Shown: piece by piece, positions 11,301-23,900 of the stretch
Position numbering within the stretch: position 1 is the stretch's first letter
Layout of the letters: each line of letters opens with the position of its first letter
Assembly: GCA_050575255.1 (NCBI GenBank)
Contig: JBNZDD010013732.1
Coordinates: forward strand, 9,618,225-9,682,224
Source: Harriotta raleighana
Lineage: Eukaryota
DNA length: 64,000 nucleotides
Direction: 5' to 3'
Position numbers and translations under genes: made by a program
The notes under the pieces: model-generated
The model's database searches: none
Seen by the model: the letters and a program-made list of their open reading frames with translations, nothing else
Told to the model about the DNA's origin: nothing

Positions 11301-14300
11301 ATTTTCACATTTATAATAATAATCGCAGCTGATGAGGTGGCCCCTTCAATGCTAATTATTTCACGATGGTAAAGTGCACTAATGATCTAATTTATAAAAC
11401 CACAAATTGTGTAGCATTACCAAGCCAAATGGCTGAATGTCTAAGTCAGAAAAATGATTTACTAAAGAGGTTTGTGTTTTCCTTGCAGACACTTAAAGGT
11501 TGTTGTCAGGAAAATTTTAATAGAAGTTCCCCTTCGAAACATTACCTGGAATTTCCTCTGGAGGGGACTCAGAGTAGCCTATCAATGCAGTATATGACTG
11601 CTTCCTAATTCAGTGCTTCAGGGAACTCATAAGAGATGAGCCTTGGTTACTGTGAGCAACCTAAGTGTGTTTCAAGAAGAAAACATAGCTGAAATGCTCC
11701 TGTATTTGATAGTGAGCTTGGGATGTGAGTTTACTTGCTTCACCCTAAGTGCCAATATGCTGGAGATATTTAGAGAAAATCCTTTTTTGCTTTAAAATTT
11801 TGTTTTTCAGGATGTTGTGTCAGTTTCAAAACTGTACCAAATCTTGTATTGTAGGTACTGTACTCATGAACTACTGTTCAGTGGTTTCGGCCTTAGTCTT
11901 CCAAATGACTGACACAGTCTTTTGTTTGCACCTCCCCTTTCTTTTTGTATCTCTCATATCACAGTATCTGCTCGTTTTTGTCCATATAAGTCTAGCCAAA
12001 ATAACGTAATTGGCTTGCATTCAATTCCCAAACTTTGTATAGAATTGTGTGTCCTCACAGATTCTTGGTAGTGTTCAAAATACGGTCAATGTCACCATGA
12101 AGTAGTGCTGTTATATGAGGAAGTTTGAAACACTTGTTAGCACGCATCTGAACATTATTTTACAGGGAGATCTAATGGTAGAAAGTTGATTCAACAGCAT
12201 TTTAAAATAAAATCATCAAGATGTTTGCTCAACAAAGCTACCGTGTTGTGAGACTGATGGAATTCCACAGGATGTATTGTAAACTATACACAGGCTGCCA
12301 TTTTCCAATTTCTGTCCAGAGAATTACAGTTTTAATTGAATCATTATTTACTATTTTTTAGAATTTACATTGTGTGGAAGGCATGAATGTACCAATTTGC
12401 TCCAGGGGTCGTCATTACCGAATGTTGCCTCAATGTAATTTTTGTGGTCAGATTTCTATGTTGTTGTACCTGGCACTCTGCTTAGCTGTCTTTATTTATT
12501 TATTTATTATTTATATTTATATAGCGCCTTTCACGTCAGGAGGACATCACAAGGCGCTGTACAGTCAAGTGGGGGGAGGGGGAGGGGGAAGAAAAATAGG
12601 AAAAATTGACTGTATATTTGTGGGCGAAACGCGGCAGCCAAATTGCGCACAGCAGTGTCCCATAAACAGTCATGGAAGCGAGGGAGCCAGGGATGAAAGG
12701 GGGAAAGAGGGCAAGGGGTGGGGTCAGGGTAGGGGGAAGAGAGCAGGAAAACCAGGTGTATAATTGGGGGCGAAACGAATAGATTAGAAGATAGTAGATC
12801 AAACCCCATGTTAGGACTTGCACTCACAGACTAGGACTTGCACTCACAGACTAGGCTGACACCAGATTGCAGTTCTGCATTTTTGGAGGTCCATTCTTTT
12901 GGAGGAGATGTTAAACAAAGGTCCTCTTTGTCTGTTATTTAAGTGGATATTAAACTTCTCATCAGTATTTGAGAAGGGAGTTTCGCTCAATGTCCTTTTT
13001 GGAAAATAAGCAGTTTTTTTTAAGAGTGTACTTTTGCCCAAACATTAGATTAGATATAAAAGTGCAGCATTTTGAACATTGATGAACAGATTATGTTCTT
13101 CAGTTTGATTGTAAATGAATATTTACTTACTTATAGGATATAATGAGGTGATACGAATACCTTCAGGGGCAACCAATATTGACATCCGTCAGCACAGCTA
13201 TTCTGCGAAGCCAGATGATGACAACTATCTTGGTAAGCATTGAGAGGAGACATATTACAACCTTGCTAATTCAATGTATTCCTCAAGGTATTGAGGAAGC
13301 CTTCAGGTCCACTCCAAATTCAATACAATAACAAACATTCCCATCCAACATAAACATTATTCAAAGCTTATGATCCTGAGGAAATCCGGCTTCCCCTTGT
13401 AGTGCTTTCTTGTTAGAAAATTTATTTTTCTAGGAGAATTTGAAATGCAAATTACTTTAGTGAGACCATCAAATCTTCATAAGTATGCAGTTTATTTTCA
13501 TTTTAGTTGAAAGGGACTATTGATTAACAGAGAGGCCTCACTCACAATGTCATAACTCAGTAGCAAATGATAAGTAGGGAGGAAAGGACACAATCGGCAG
13601 CATCTGATTAAATAGGTTTATATTCCACCTGACACAGGGAATGCTTTATGTATGCGGTTATTTTCATTAAATATTAAAACTGAACTTTTGTTCTGAAAAA
13701 TCATATTTTTCTATTGGTTTGCTTTTTCATCAGTCATCACCAGCCTCTTTCAAGTTAAGTAAGCAACTTGCACTTGAGGTGGACTTATCCCCTGCTCTGG
13801 ACAAAAGTCACAGTGACAAATGGGATTGGCGAGTCACAAGTGACAATGCTGTTTGTTATTTGTAAATTAATCTCATGAATGATCGATGTGATTGCAAGTC
13901 ATAGGTAAATTTTTTGGCGATTTGCATTTATAGATTGAAGGAAATATTTAGCAAATTAGAATCTAGACAAATACCGACCGGGATTTTTGTACTAAAAACA
14001 AGGTACAGTACTATATATAGTCCAGAGCACCAATTCTATTGCTTTAGTTCGTACAGAAGTAAAGTCCCACAATAAAGTAGTGAAGAACATCAGCTGACAC
14101 AAGGTTCCTGGTGAAAATGTTTGGAAAATTATGCCCTCAAACCTTGCATTATCTTTTAGTCCCTTCAGCATATTAAAACAGTATTCCCCCTTGCTTTTAG
14201 ACCAATTTAGATATGGTATTTCTAAAAAGCAGTACTATTGCACATTATTCTGACAGTTTAATTGTAACCTCAGAAAACAGGCATTATGAGTTTCATAAGG

Positions 14301-14878
14301 TTTTCCACATTGCAATATCTGCAGTATCACTGTTTTATTCTTTATTTTGTTGTACCTCATTCACATTTTACTTTCATCTTAATGTAATATGTAATTCATG
14401 TCATTACATTTTTATCTCTTTCCCTTTGGTATAATTATTATCTGCATTTTAGCCTTATCTGACAGTCAAGGCAGTTTCATTTTGAATGGAAATTTTGTGG
14501 TGAGCATGTTTAAACGAGAAATCAACGTACAGGGAACCAAATTGGAATACAGTGGGTCGGATAATGCTGTGGAACGCATTAACTGCACTGACCGAATTGA
14601 GGAAGAGCTGATTCTGCAGGTATGATTTATTTCCTTAAAGCATTTGATTGCAAAGGAGAGCCTGCTGTAACGGTCACAGAAGTAACATCAGCAATAACAT
14701 AATAAAGCACAATGGATCATAATGGATCAGCACCTTTATTATGTTACTGTTCTATTACTTCTGTGTGCTGAATGAATGCATTTTCAAGTTATCCCGCAGT
14801 CCCTCTGCCTTGATTCCTCCCTTTCCTCCTTCAAGGCTGGTTTCAAGACCTACCTTCCTCTTCAACCGCGCCTTCAGC

Positions 14879-14973
<95 letters not shown>

Positions 14974-17900
14974 NNNNNNNNNNNNNNNNNNNNNNNNNNN
15001 NNNNNNNNNNNNNNNNNNNNNNNNNNNNNNNNNNNNNNNNNNNNNNNNNNNNNNNNNNNNNNNNNNNNNNNNNNNNNNNNNNNNNNNNNNNNCCCCCCCC
15101 CCCCCCCCGACTCTTCCCCCTCTCCCACTTTCCTTCCCCCTCCCCCTAAACCCGCTCGGGTCCCAATCTGATTGTTCAGCGCATTGGGACGTCCTCCCGA
15201 CATGAAAGGCGCTGTACAAATGTAATTTTGTTGTTGTTATTTGCAGGGAGCAATAATACAATTACATCCTGCGCACTACACACTTCCTTTCCAAAGTTAT
15301 GCTTCCTAATACATTGTGTATAATGCATATACAGTGAATAGAGAATACAGATTAGCATTCCATTGTGAAAAACATGTCGGAAGTGACATGATTAACAACC
15401 AAGTGATTTGGAAGTTGTCTGCTTTTTAGTACTTGAAGCCAGCAAGTCAACTTATAAGCAGTGCACTTTTGGTTAGTTTAGGCCCACAGCAAGCCTGTAC
15501 TCTTAAGTGAATTGTGCTCTGTCAAAAGAGGGAGGATGTGGGGTGTTCTAATGGGATTGCCCTATAACTCTATATTTTAATTGTTTTCAATTTCTTTGTG
15601 TAGGTTTAGTGGCTGTGATTCTTAGGGCTGAAAGCAGAAAGTAGAATCATCTGAAATAAATGAACTCTTTTCTTAATCCTGGAAGGTTTTATCTGTAGGA
15701 AATTTGTACAATCCAGATGTGCGTTACTCCTTTAATATACCCATAGAAGACCAAATGGAGCAATTTGCCTGGGATCCTTATGCTTCATGGCAAGAGTGTA
15801 ACAGACTGTGTCAAGGTAAATTCTAATGATTGTTTTCAATTGTAATATTTTGCTTTGTTAATTAAAAACAAAACAGTTCAAACAACAATTTGAAGGAATG
15901 TGCTGGTAGAATTGAAATGCATAGTCCAATTTTCTGAAAAAAAATTACTTTCCAAGTAGGAGCCCAAATTCTAATTGTTGATAATGTTAGAAAATTACTA
16001 TAACTGTTATATATTACTAATAAGAACTCAAACCTCCTAACTTTACCAACTCAAGAGGTGCTAACTTGTAACCTTTGAGTTTTCATTGCGTTCAATCCTT
16101 TTTTTTAAAAAAATGTAAAAATTCATTTCCACTCCAATTCCTGCCATTTGCAAGATGGATATAAGAATCCTTGCATTTGATATAGTACCCTACCATGTCA
16201 GTGAAACATCTCAAAGCTTTTCATGGGATTTACTGCAAAGAAAAGTGACTGAGTACTTTGTAAGTCAACTCAGCAGCCAATCTGAGCACAGCCATGTCTC
16301 ACAAATAATCATTAAGTGAATGAACAACTTTATTAAGAGGATTTTGGGTCAGATCACCAGCTAATCTCCCTTCTCTTTTCAAAGTGCCACCGTCTATCTG
16401 AACAGATCCTTTGTCTATCTCCCTGCCCTCACTTTTCCCACTATCACCAACACTAAATTTACTTTTTAGAAATATTAGGCTGGTTGTTTCTTTCAGGTGT
16501 GCTTGACTATTAAATGTCCAGAAAGCTTTCCCCCCTAAAACATATCTCCAGTTCCTCTGTGATGTTCTTTTAAATCTGAAACCTTGTGGGAACATTTATC
16601 CTACTGGAGGTGGATTGCTGTCTGTAGACAGAGTGGGCCTGTTTCACTCTCTCACTCTCTTGGAGGTGATTTTCTCCTGAAACTGCCTACAAAGAAAACA
16701 AAAAGGTTTAAGAGAATCGACCATGTCAGGAAATGAGCCATAGCTTTGAAGCTCATTTTCATCCCAACCCTCCTCCACCCAGAACCTTTATGCCTCAGGT
16801 ATATATACATTCAACATCTGACTTCGGTCATAAAGCTGAGGCCAGTTTTCCATGCATTCCAATAGTACTCTGAGTATAATCCTCTGTGGTGAGCTAATTG
16901 CCCTCAGTTGGAGAAACATCTTGCATTGACTGCTGCAGGGCTATCCTTATCACTTCCATTTTGAAGGATTCTGCTTCACACAGTCCTGATATGTCTTGTT
17001 CAGGGAAAGCAAACTGCAAATGTAGTAATTAAATGTCCAAAAAGTCAGAAGTATACTGACGTTCCAATATTAAGTCTAACATCAAAATGAATAGTCATAA
17101 ATAATAATCCTTACATTTGGGAGGATGTCCCAAAGCACTTCACAGGACTTACTGTAAAATACAGCGACTCTTGTGTTTTGTGAGAGAAAACGGCAGTTTA
17201 TTTGTCCACAATGATGATGCAAAAAGGTGCAGTATCATCTAGGATCAGGTTTCACATAAACAGTTGTCATATTGGAACCTCATCACAGCATCTCACAGAG
17301 GCAGAGTGAGACCCCGAGCAAGGTGAGAGATTTGGAAAGAGGAAAAGGAGATAGGTGAATAAAAGGGACAGTGAAACAGGCAATAATCATTATAAGAATT
17401 ATTTTATTTGACATTGCTCCTTATCATATCGTTGAATGTCTCAAAGTACTTCACAAAATGTACTGTAAAATTTAGTGACTATATTTGAAGACGAACACAG
17501 CATATATATAGTGTTCTCCATGCCAATGCAGTGCTCCTGCTCCAGCACAGTATTGTTTTGTCATCTTAAATGAGTTCCAATTCATGGCTTGAAGTCACAT
17601 CCTCCCGATACAGAAGGAGCTAGGAAATGGAGATAGACTGACACCAAACAAGGATGTGTAAGGAAGGATTTTGAAAGCAGACAGAGAGACTGTGAGGCTT
17701 TAAAAAGAGTGTTCCAGAGAGTAGGGCTAAAGTGGCTCAAAACTTGACCATTGTGGAATGAGAAGTCAGCCAGAAATGAGTTACTGGCTTAATTTAGAGC
17801 ATGGGGGTGGGCAAAAAAGGACTGTAGGACAATACAGGAACAATGTGGCAAGGGGATGGAGGCATGTCAGAGTTAGGACAAGAATATCAAAGTCAGTCTT

Positions 17901-20900
17901 CTGGAAAACAGAATGATTGAATGATTGGAACTCATGAGGGTGTTGAAGGGGGAAGGCTGAATATATTTGCTGAGTAGAGGTTAAACAAACCCAGTGTACC
18001 ACCTCTTTTAATCTGTTGAATATAGGTGAACGGAGAAGAAAGATTGCCTGTATGCGAAAGACTGATCGCTTGGTTGTTTCTGACCAGAGATGTGAGCATT
18101 TGACTCAACCCATCCCGATCACGGAACCTTGTAACACAGACTGTGAATTAAGGTGAGTTCTGTGTTTGTTGATCATGTTCTTCAAAACATCATGTAAACC
18201 ACTTCAAATTTTCAGGGCACTTTGGAGCTTCTCCAAGGCAAGGGGTATGTTTGATTCCTACCTATCCCAGCATCTCCACTTTATTTCTAACAGCTTCTCC
18301 TCTCACACATCTAGTCATCTGCAGGGTTCCTTGAGCTCTTTTCACCTTTTATACGCTCTCACTCAGCAACATCGTTCACAGACATGGGATTCAATTCCTT
18401 ATGAATACAGGTGACATGCAATTTAATCTCTCTGCCTCTACCCTCGACTCTAGGCCATTGCAGTTCTGACTGATTGTCTGGCTGACATCAAGTCCTGGGT
18501 GAGCTCAATCTTTCTCCCGTTGAATATTGACACATCTGAAGATCTCACGCTTGTCTCTTGTCAGTGCTTCACCTCAGGTGCTGTTGACACCAAGCCTCAT
18601 CTATGTGAACTCTAGAGTTTTTAGTCCCCAACTGCTGTTTGACTGCCACACGGTGCCCACTTTCTGGTATTCCAATACACGGTCGCTCCAACTTGTTTCC
18701 TCCCTTTCACGGTTTGTCTCAAGGCAAACTTTTTTGACTGCACATTCGGTCATCTTTCCCCCTCCCCCTCCACCTCACCCATTTATCATTGAGAAAACTA
18801 TTTTATTTCAAATGTACTTTTCTTAATCCTTTGTCCTTTGAGAAATGGTTTCAAGTATAATTTGGAATGATCACAGTCCATCTCTCATTCTGCATCATGT
18901 TTCTTCACTCTGTCCCCTTCCTCCTTCCCAAATGATTGATCGAGTTTTGTACTTTAGTATAGTAGTAGTGTCAATCGCCGAGACCACAGGGATGGTGTCA
19001 GAAGTAAAATTAAAACCCAATCCGTTTCCAGGAGGAATTCCAATGCACAGTAATTTCAAGTTCCTTCAAAAAAATGTTAAAAAAAACAAACAAAAATAAA
19101 TCTTTAAAATGTAAACAGTTTTGGTTTGATTGCAGGTGGCATGTCTTTGGTAAAAGCGAGTGCACAGCACAGTGTGGACCGGGGCACAGAACACAAGACA
19201 TTCACTGCATGAAGTATAACCAGGATGAAAGACAAAGTGAGCCTGTTGATGACAGATATTGTAGCTTTCAGTCAAAACCTCCAAACAGAGAGCCCTGTCA
19301 TGGTGACTGCCACATAACCAGCTGGCACTATACTTCCTGGTCACAGGTAACAGTTAAAACCGTATTAGAAGCTGGACAATTTCATTGAAAATTTAAAAAG
19401 AGTTTAAAAATCTGGACTTGAAAAGGAAGCTGTGATGATCAGAATTCATTCTACCCATTAATATGAATTCTGATCATCACAGATTCCTTTTCAAGTCCAG
19501 ATTTTAGCTGTAACATAGTGCCGCAGTGTAAATAGCATGGGTATGAAAATAATTATTAACTGCGTGAGATGAGACTTGTAAGCTCAAAATTGCGGACTTG
19601 GTTTGTACCAAGTTTGTATTTAACTTGGGACTCGTCAACAGCAACAACAATAAATTGCATTTATATTGCACCTTGGTATGTCAGGAGCCCTCCCCAAGGC
19701 ATAGGATGGTCGAGGGTTTGCACCTGAGCTGGGAGTTGGATTGAGGGGTTGGCAAAGGATCATCAGCAATTTCAAAAGATTGTAGGCCCACTGGGTGAAC
19801 TCCACAGAGGTTTACTGTATTTAAAGAGAAGAGGAAATACTATATTATACTGTAATAATATTTTTAAATGAGCTGCAATTTTGTGTTTACAGAAGTTGAT
19901 TGAAGTTTTGTAGAAAAGTAACATAATTGAGTTCTTGATTGTTCATCGCCATGTACTTTAAGATCATTGTTCTCTGTGGCTGCTTTATTTTCCTCAGTGC
20001 TCCAAAAGCTGTGAACGTGGTGTGCGAACCCGGGAGGCATACTGCATGAACAACCTTGGGAGACGCCTTGTTGACCGGGAGTGCAATAAGCAACAAAATG
20101 TGATATCCCAGATTTGCAATGAATTTTCTTGCCCTGACTGGACAGCCAGTGAATGGAGTGAGGTTAGCAAAAGCTGAAGAGTCTTCAAATGTACAATGGA
20201 AAAGTAAAGAAATAGAGACAGAGGGAATGCTATGCTTGTCGCATTCTTTACTTTTACCCGTCACTTTGAATATGTTCTACAGTGTTAAATAATATCTTGC
20301 CTGTTCAAGCATGTACATTTTCTTTCAAAAACTGATCTTTAATAATTAACTTCAATATCCTATAATGCTGCTCCAATGAATAGGTCACAGTGGCAGGATT
20401 GGTTTCAGTTGAGAGTTCATTCTGTGGTAGGCTTTTTCTAACTTGATTCATATCAAGCAAACCAAGCCAAGGTTGAATTAGGGGAAATTTATCAAGGTAA
20501 CTCCTGACAGTTAACCAGAAAGGAAGGGAATTCTGAGGTCCGAATATGTCCGACAGCACTTTATTTTGTTTGACTTTGTAGAGATAGGAAGATAGTTAAA
20601 CTAATTACCCTCAAGCAGATCCTTAATTACGAACTAAAGGCCACAATGATATTAAAAGGTGATTTGGCAGATTGGTAAAAGAAGAGCAGGCTTTGGAATA
20701 AATAGAGCTAAGGCACATCCCAACCGAATATGAAAGTTCTTTTTCTGACATGGCACCCAACATAACTAATTTGCAGTTCCCTAACCGTTAGAATTAGAGA
20801 ATTAGAGAGAGGTGTGTGCGTGTGTGGGGGGGGGGGGGGTGCTTGTGTTATCAGTGTTCATCATAATCAGCGAACATTTACAAAGAAGTGAAAGAAATAT

Positions 20901-23900
20901 GTAATCATAGATTCCAATTTGCAACTTGATATATAATTGCAGTGCCTAGTGACATGTGGGAAGGGGACACGGCATCGGCAGGTATCATGTCGCTTGAATG
21001 ATGAGCATCTCAGTGACGATTTCTGCAACCCACGTTCAAAGCCAGAGGTTGCGGGGATGTGTGAGCTCCAGGAATGTGCATCGTGGCAAGTTGGAGCATG
21101 GGGACCGGTGAGTGCCTGGCTGAATCTCAGCCAATCAGTATTTATTGCCAAATGAAAAATGAAGAGAATACCTCTCTGGTAGTGTGGGTTGAATGATTCC
21201 AAGTACAGTATTTAAAGTTTGAAGGCTGACGTTGCTTTTAATTAATTTAATTGCCTTTTTGATTCTATAGTTAATTGCAAGTGTTTCATTCAGTGAAATA
21301 ATTTTTTCGCACCCAATTTGCTTGGTTTGGTGCCCAATTTCGGGGATATGAAGAATCCCTCACGAGGCTCAAAGAGCCTGTCGCCTTATCCTCATTTGGC
21401 TCCACTGGCTCCCCATAACCCAGTAGATTGAGTTTAGGATTCTCATCTTTTAAATCCCTCCACGGTCTTGTCCCACCCTACTTCTGCAAACATCTAGAAT
21501 GCTACAATCAACCTGACCACTCCCTCTTCTCGTCCAGCATTGGCCTGCTTTATGTCACCTGCACTGACTACCCTACCATCAGTGGTTGGGCTTTTTGCCC
21601 TCACTTTCTGGAACAGAGTTCTTTTGCTTCGCCTTTTCCCTCTTCTCTTTCAAGGTCCATCTCAAGATCTTCCTCTTTGACCATGCTTTTCAATATCTTC
21701 TTGTGCCGTGACACCCTTCTCAGTAGCAACTTTGTTGAGTCTATCTGAAAAACACAGACAGGCGAGTCTTGCAAAGTTTAGTTTAAGGGGAAAAGAAAAC
21801 ATGAATATTCACCTACAAATAGAGACATTAGAGCGTAATTTTTTTTTTAATGTTTTGAGATGTTTCCATGACATGTTGAGTTGCTTCACTAAATGTGATG
21901 ACAATTATTATCATTGTTGCTTTGTGTGATTTCTGTTGATGTATAATGTGAACAATATTGTGTAAGAATATTTTTTAGTTGCAGTGGATTCATTAATTTT
22001 GTTTCATTTACAAATATTAATTCCTGAACATGTGCACACGACAGACTCTAATATTCTATCCTAACATTTTTTGTTGCAGTGTGCTGCAACTTGTGGGCAA
22101 GGGTATCAAATGCGTGCAGTGCGGTGTGTTGTGGGTCCTTACGGTACAGTTATCGATGACAGAGAATGCAATGCCGCAACTCACCCAAGAGATAGCCAGG
22201 TAAATTTAGGTTTTGTTTTGCTTACCCGTTTTCTTCTCTCTCCCCTGTTTTCTGAAGCTATTTGACTAAATTTCTCGCTACTATGGAATGGTTTTGCAAG
22301 TGTCCCCTCGTATTTTGTTCTGGTCATCAATTTTTCATCATTTTTGTGTTAAGTCTCACCCGTGAGCATCAGGACGGTTGTGGAGCTTTTCTTTCTTAGC
22401 TTCCTGTTCTTATCCAGTGTTCATATAATATGGATAACAGTATACATATGGATAACAATCAGGATTATGAAATTGGCAGATTTTTTTTGTTTTCTCTACC
22501 CCAGAACATAGTGGAGTCCTGTAGCTCCACGGTTAAAGCACTCGCCTTACAAGCGAGTGACCTGGGTTTGATTCCAGGCAGAGCGAACCGTTGGGCAAGT
22601 TTCCTTACTCCACACACCTAATAATAATCCCTGAAGAAAAACAATAATTAAAGATTGGTCATTTCAATCCACTACTGTTTGTGGGACAATTGGCTGGCTG
22701 CTGTGTGCAATTGGCTGGTGCGTTTCGCCCACAAATATACAGTCAATTCACTTTACAGTACATTCTGTGAAGCGCTATGAAACATCTGGAAGACATGAAA
22801 AGTGGTATATCAAATGCAAGGATTATTATTATGGTCACTTATATGCAACCACTGCCCTGACAATAATCACCGAATGCAGCACACACCAGGGTTTAACCTG
22901 GGGCATTCTTGCCAGTACACTTCAGTTTGTTATTGGATAAATACCTTTGCAGGAGGAGAGAATTACAAAATGAGTCCATAGCTCATTACAATTTTGTTCC
23001 ATGTAATTTATTCATGAAATCGCTTTATCGGCCAGAACTTAATTTTATTTTCTCCACCAATTGTTTTCCATGTGTTCTGAAGCACTTTTTAGTGCTGATT
23101 TGTAGGAATATAGGAGCATTATTATTATGTTCAAGTAGGGTTCTCTGTATAATCATCAAGAGTGAGAACCCATGTTGATTTTTTGCTGTATAACACATCT
23201 GTAATATGTAACAGATTGGATGGATGAGACATGATGGGCCAATTGGGCTTCTTCCGTCCTGTAAATAAAAAATGTTTAAAATGTTGCATTTATGTTTTCA
23301 AAACCTCTTGACTATGAAACTGAAACTGACAGTCACTTTGCAATACCTAGATTGTTTTCACATTTGACAATTTTCGATTTTCGTTTCATCTCTGTCTTTA
23401 ACTTACAGAACTGCGAGATGCCTCCTTGTTTAGAGACACCACACATGCTAACGACTGTAGTTCCAGCCCTTCGAATGATGACCCAGTGGCGATATGGATC
23501 CTGGACACCTGTAAGTGAATCTATTTTCACAAGATAAGGGACAGAAAATACAGGGTCAAAGAAATCGAACAGTACACCTCAATTAAAAGCAAACAATTTG
23601 TGCACATTTGGTGCAGAATAGGTGTGTCCTTCTAATAATGCTAACTTATGTCTGAGTCTATGCCTTTGTGTGAAATGAGTGTGTGTTGTAAATGCCTACA
23701 TGATTGTGGAAGCTACTTCAGTAGAGATGTGTTATGAATGGTGGAGCTAGTATTTAAGAGCAGGACAAGTTGTCCTGGTGACAAAGTAGTTTATAAGGTG
23801 ATATTGCAGTTGTTTTGACTGATTTTTCACTTTGTTATCTGCAACGTTTTACATCCTTTTACAGCAACATCACCTGACTTCCAGGTTGAACTCAAAATGA

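Noticed and set aside
12812-12855. 20-bp tandem duplication taggacttgcactcacagac
   Set aside because: Only two adjacent units with no spacers; a simple slippage duplication, not CRISPR-like.
14741-15261. Poly-Pro/poly-Gly ORFs
   Set aside because: Translation of a poly-C run and N gap within an L2 3' UTR; probably an inflated homopolymer at a contig end.
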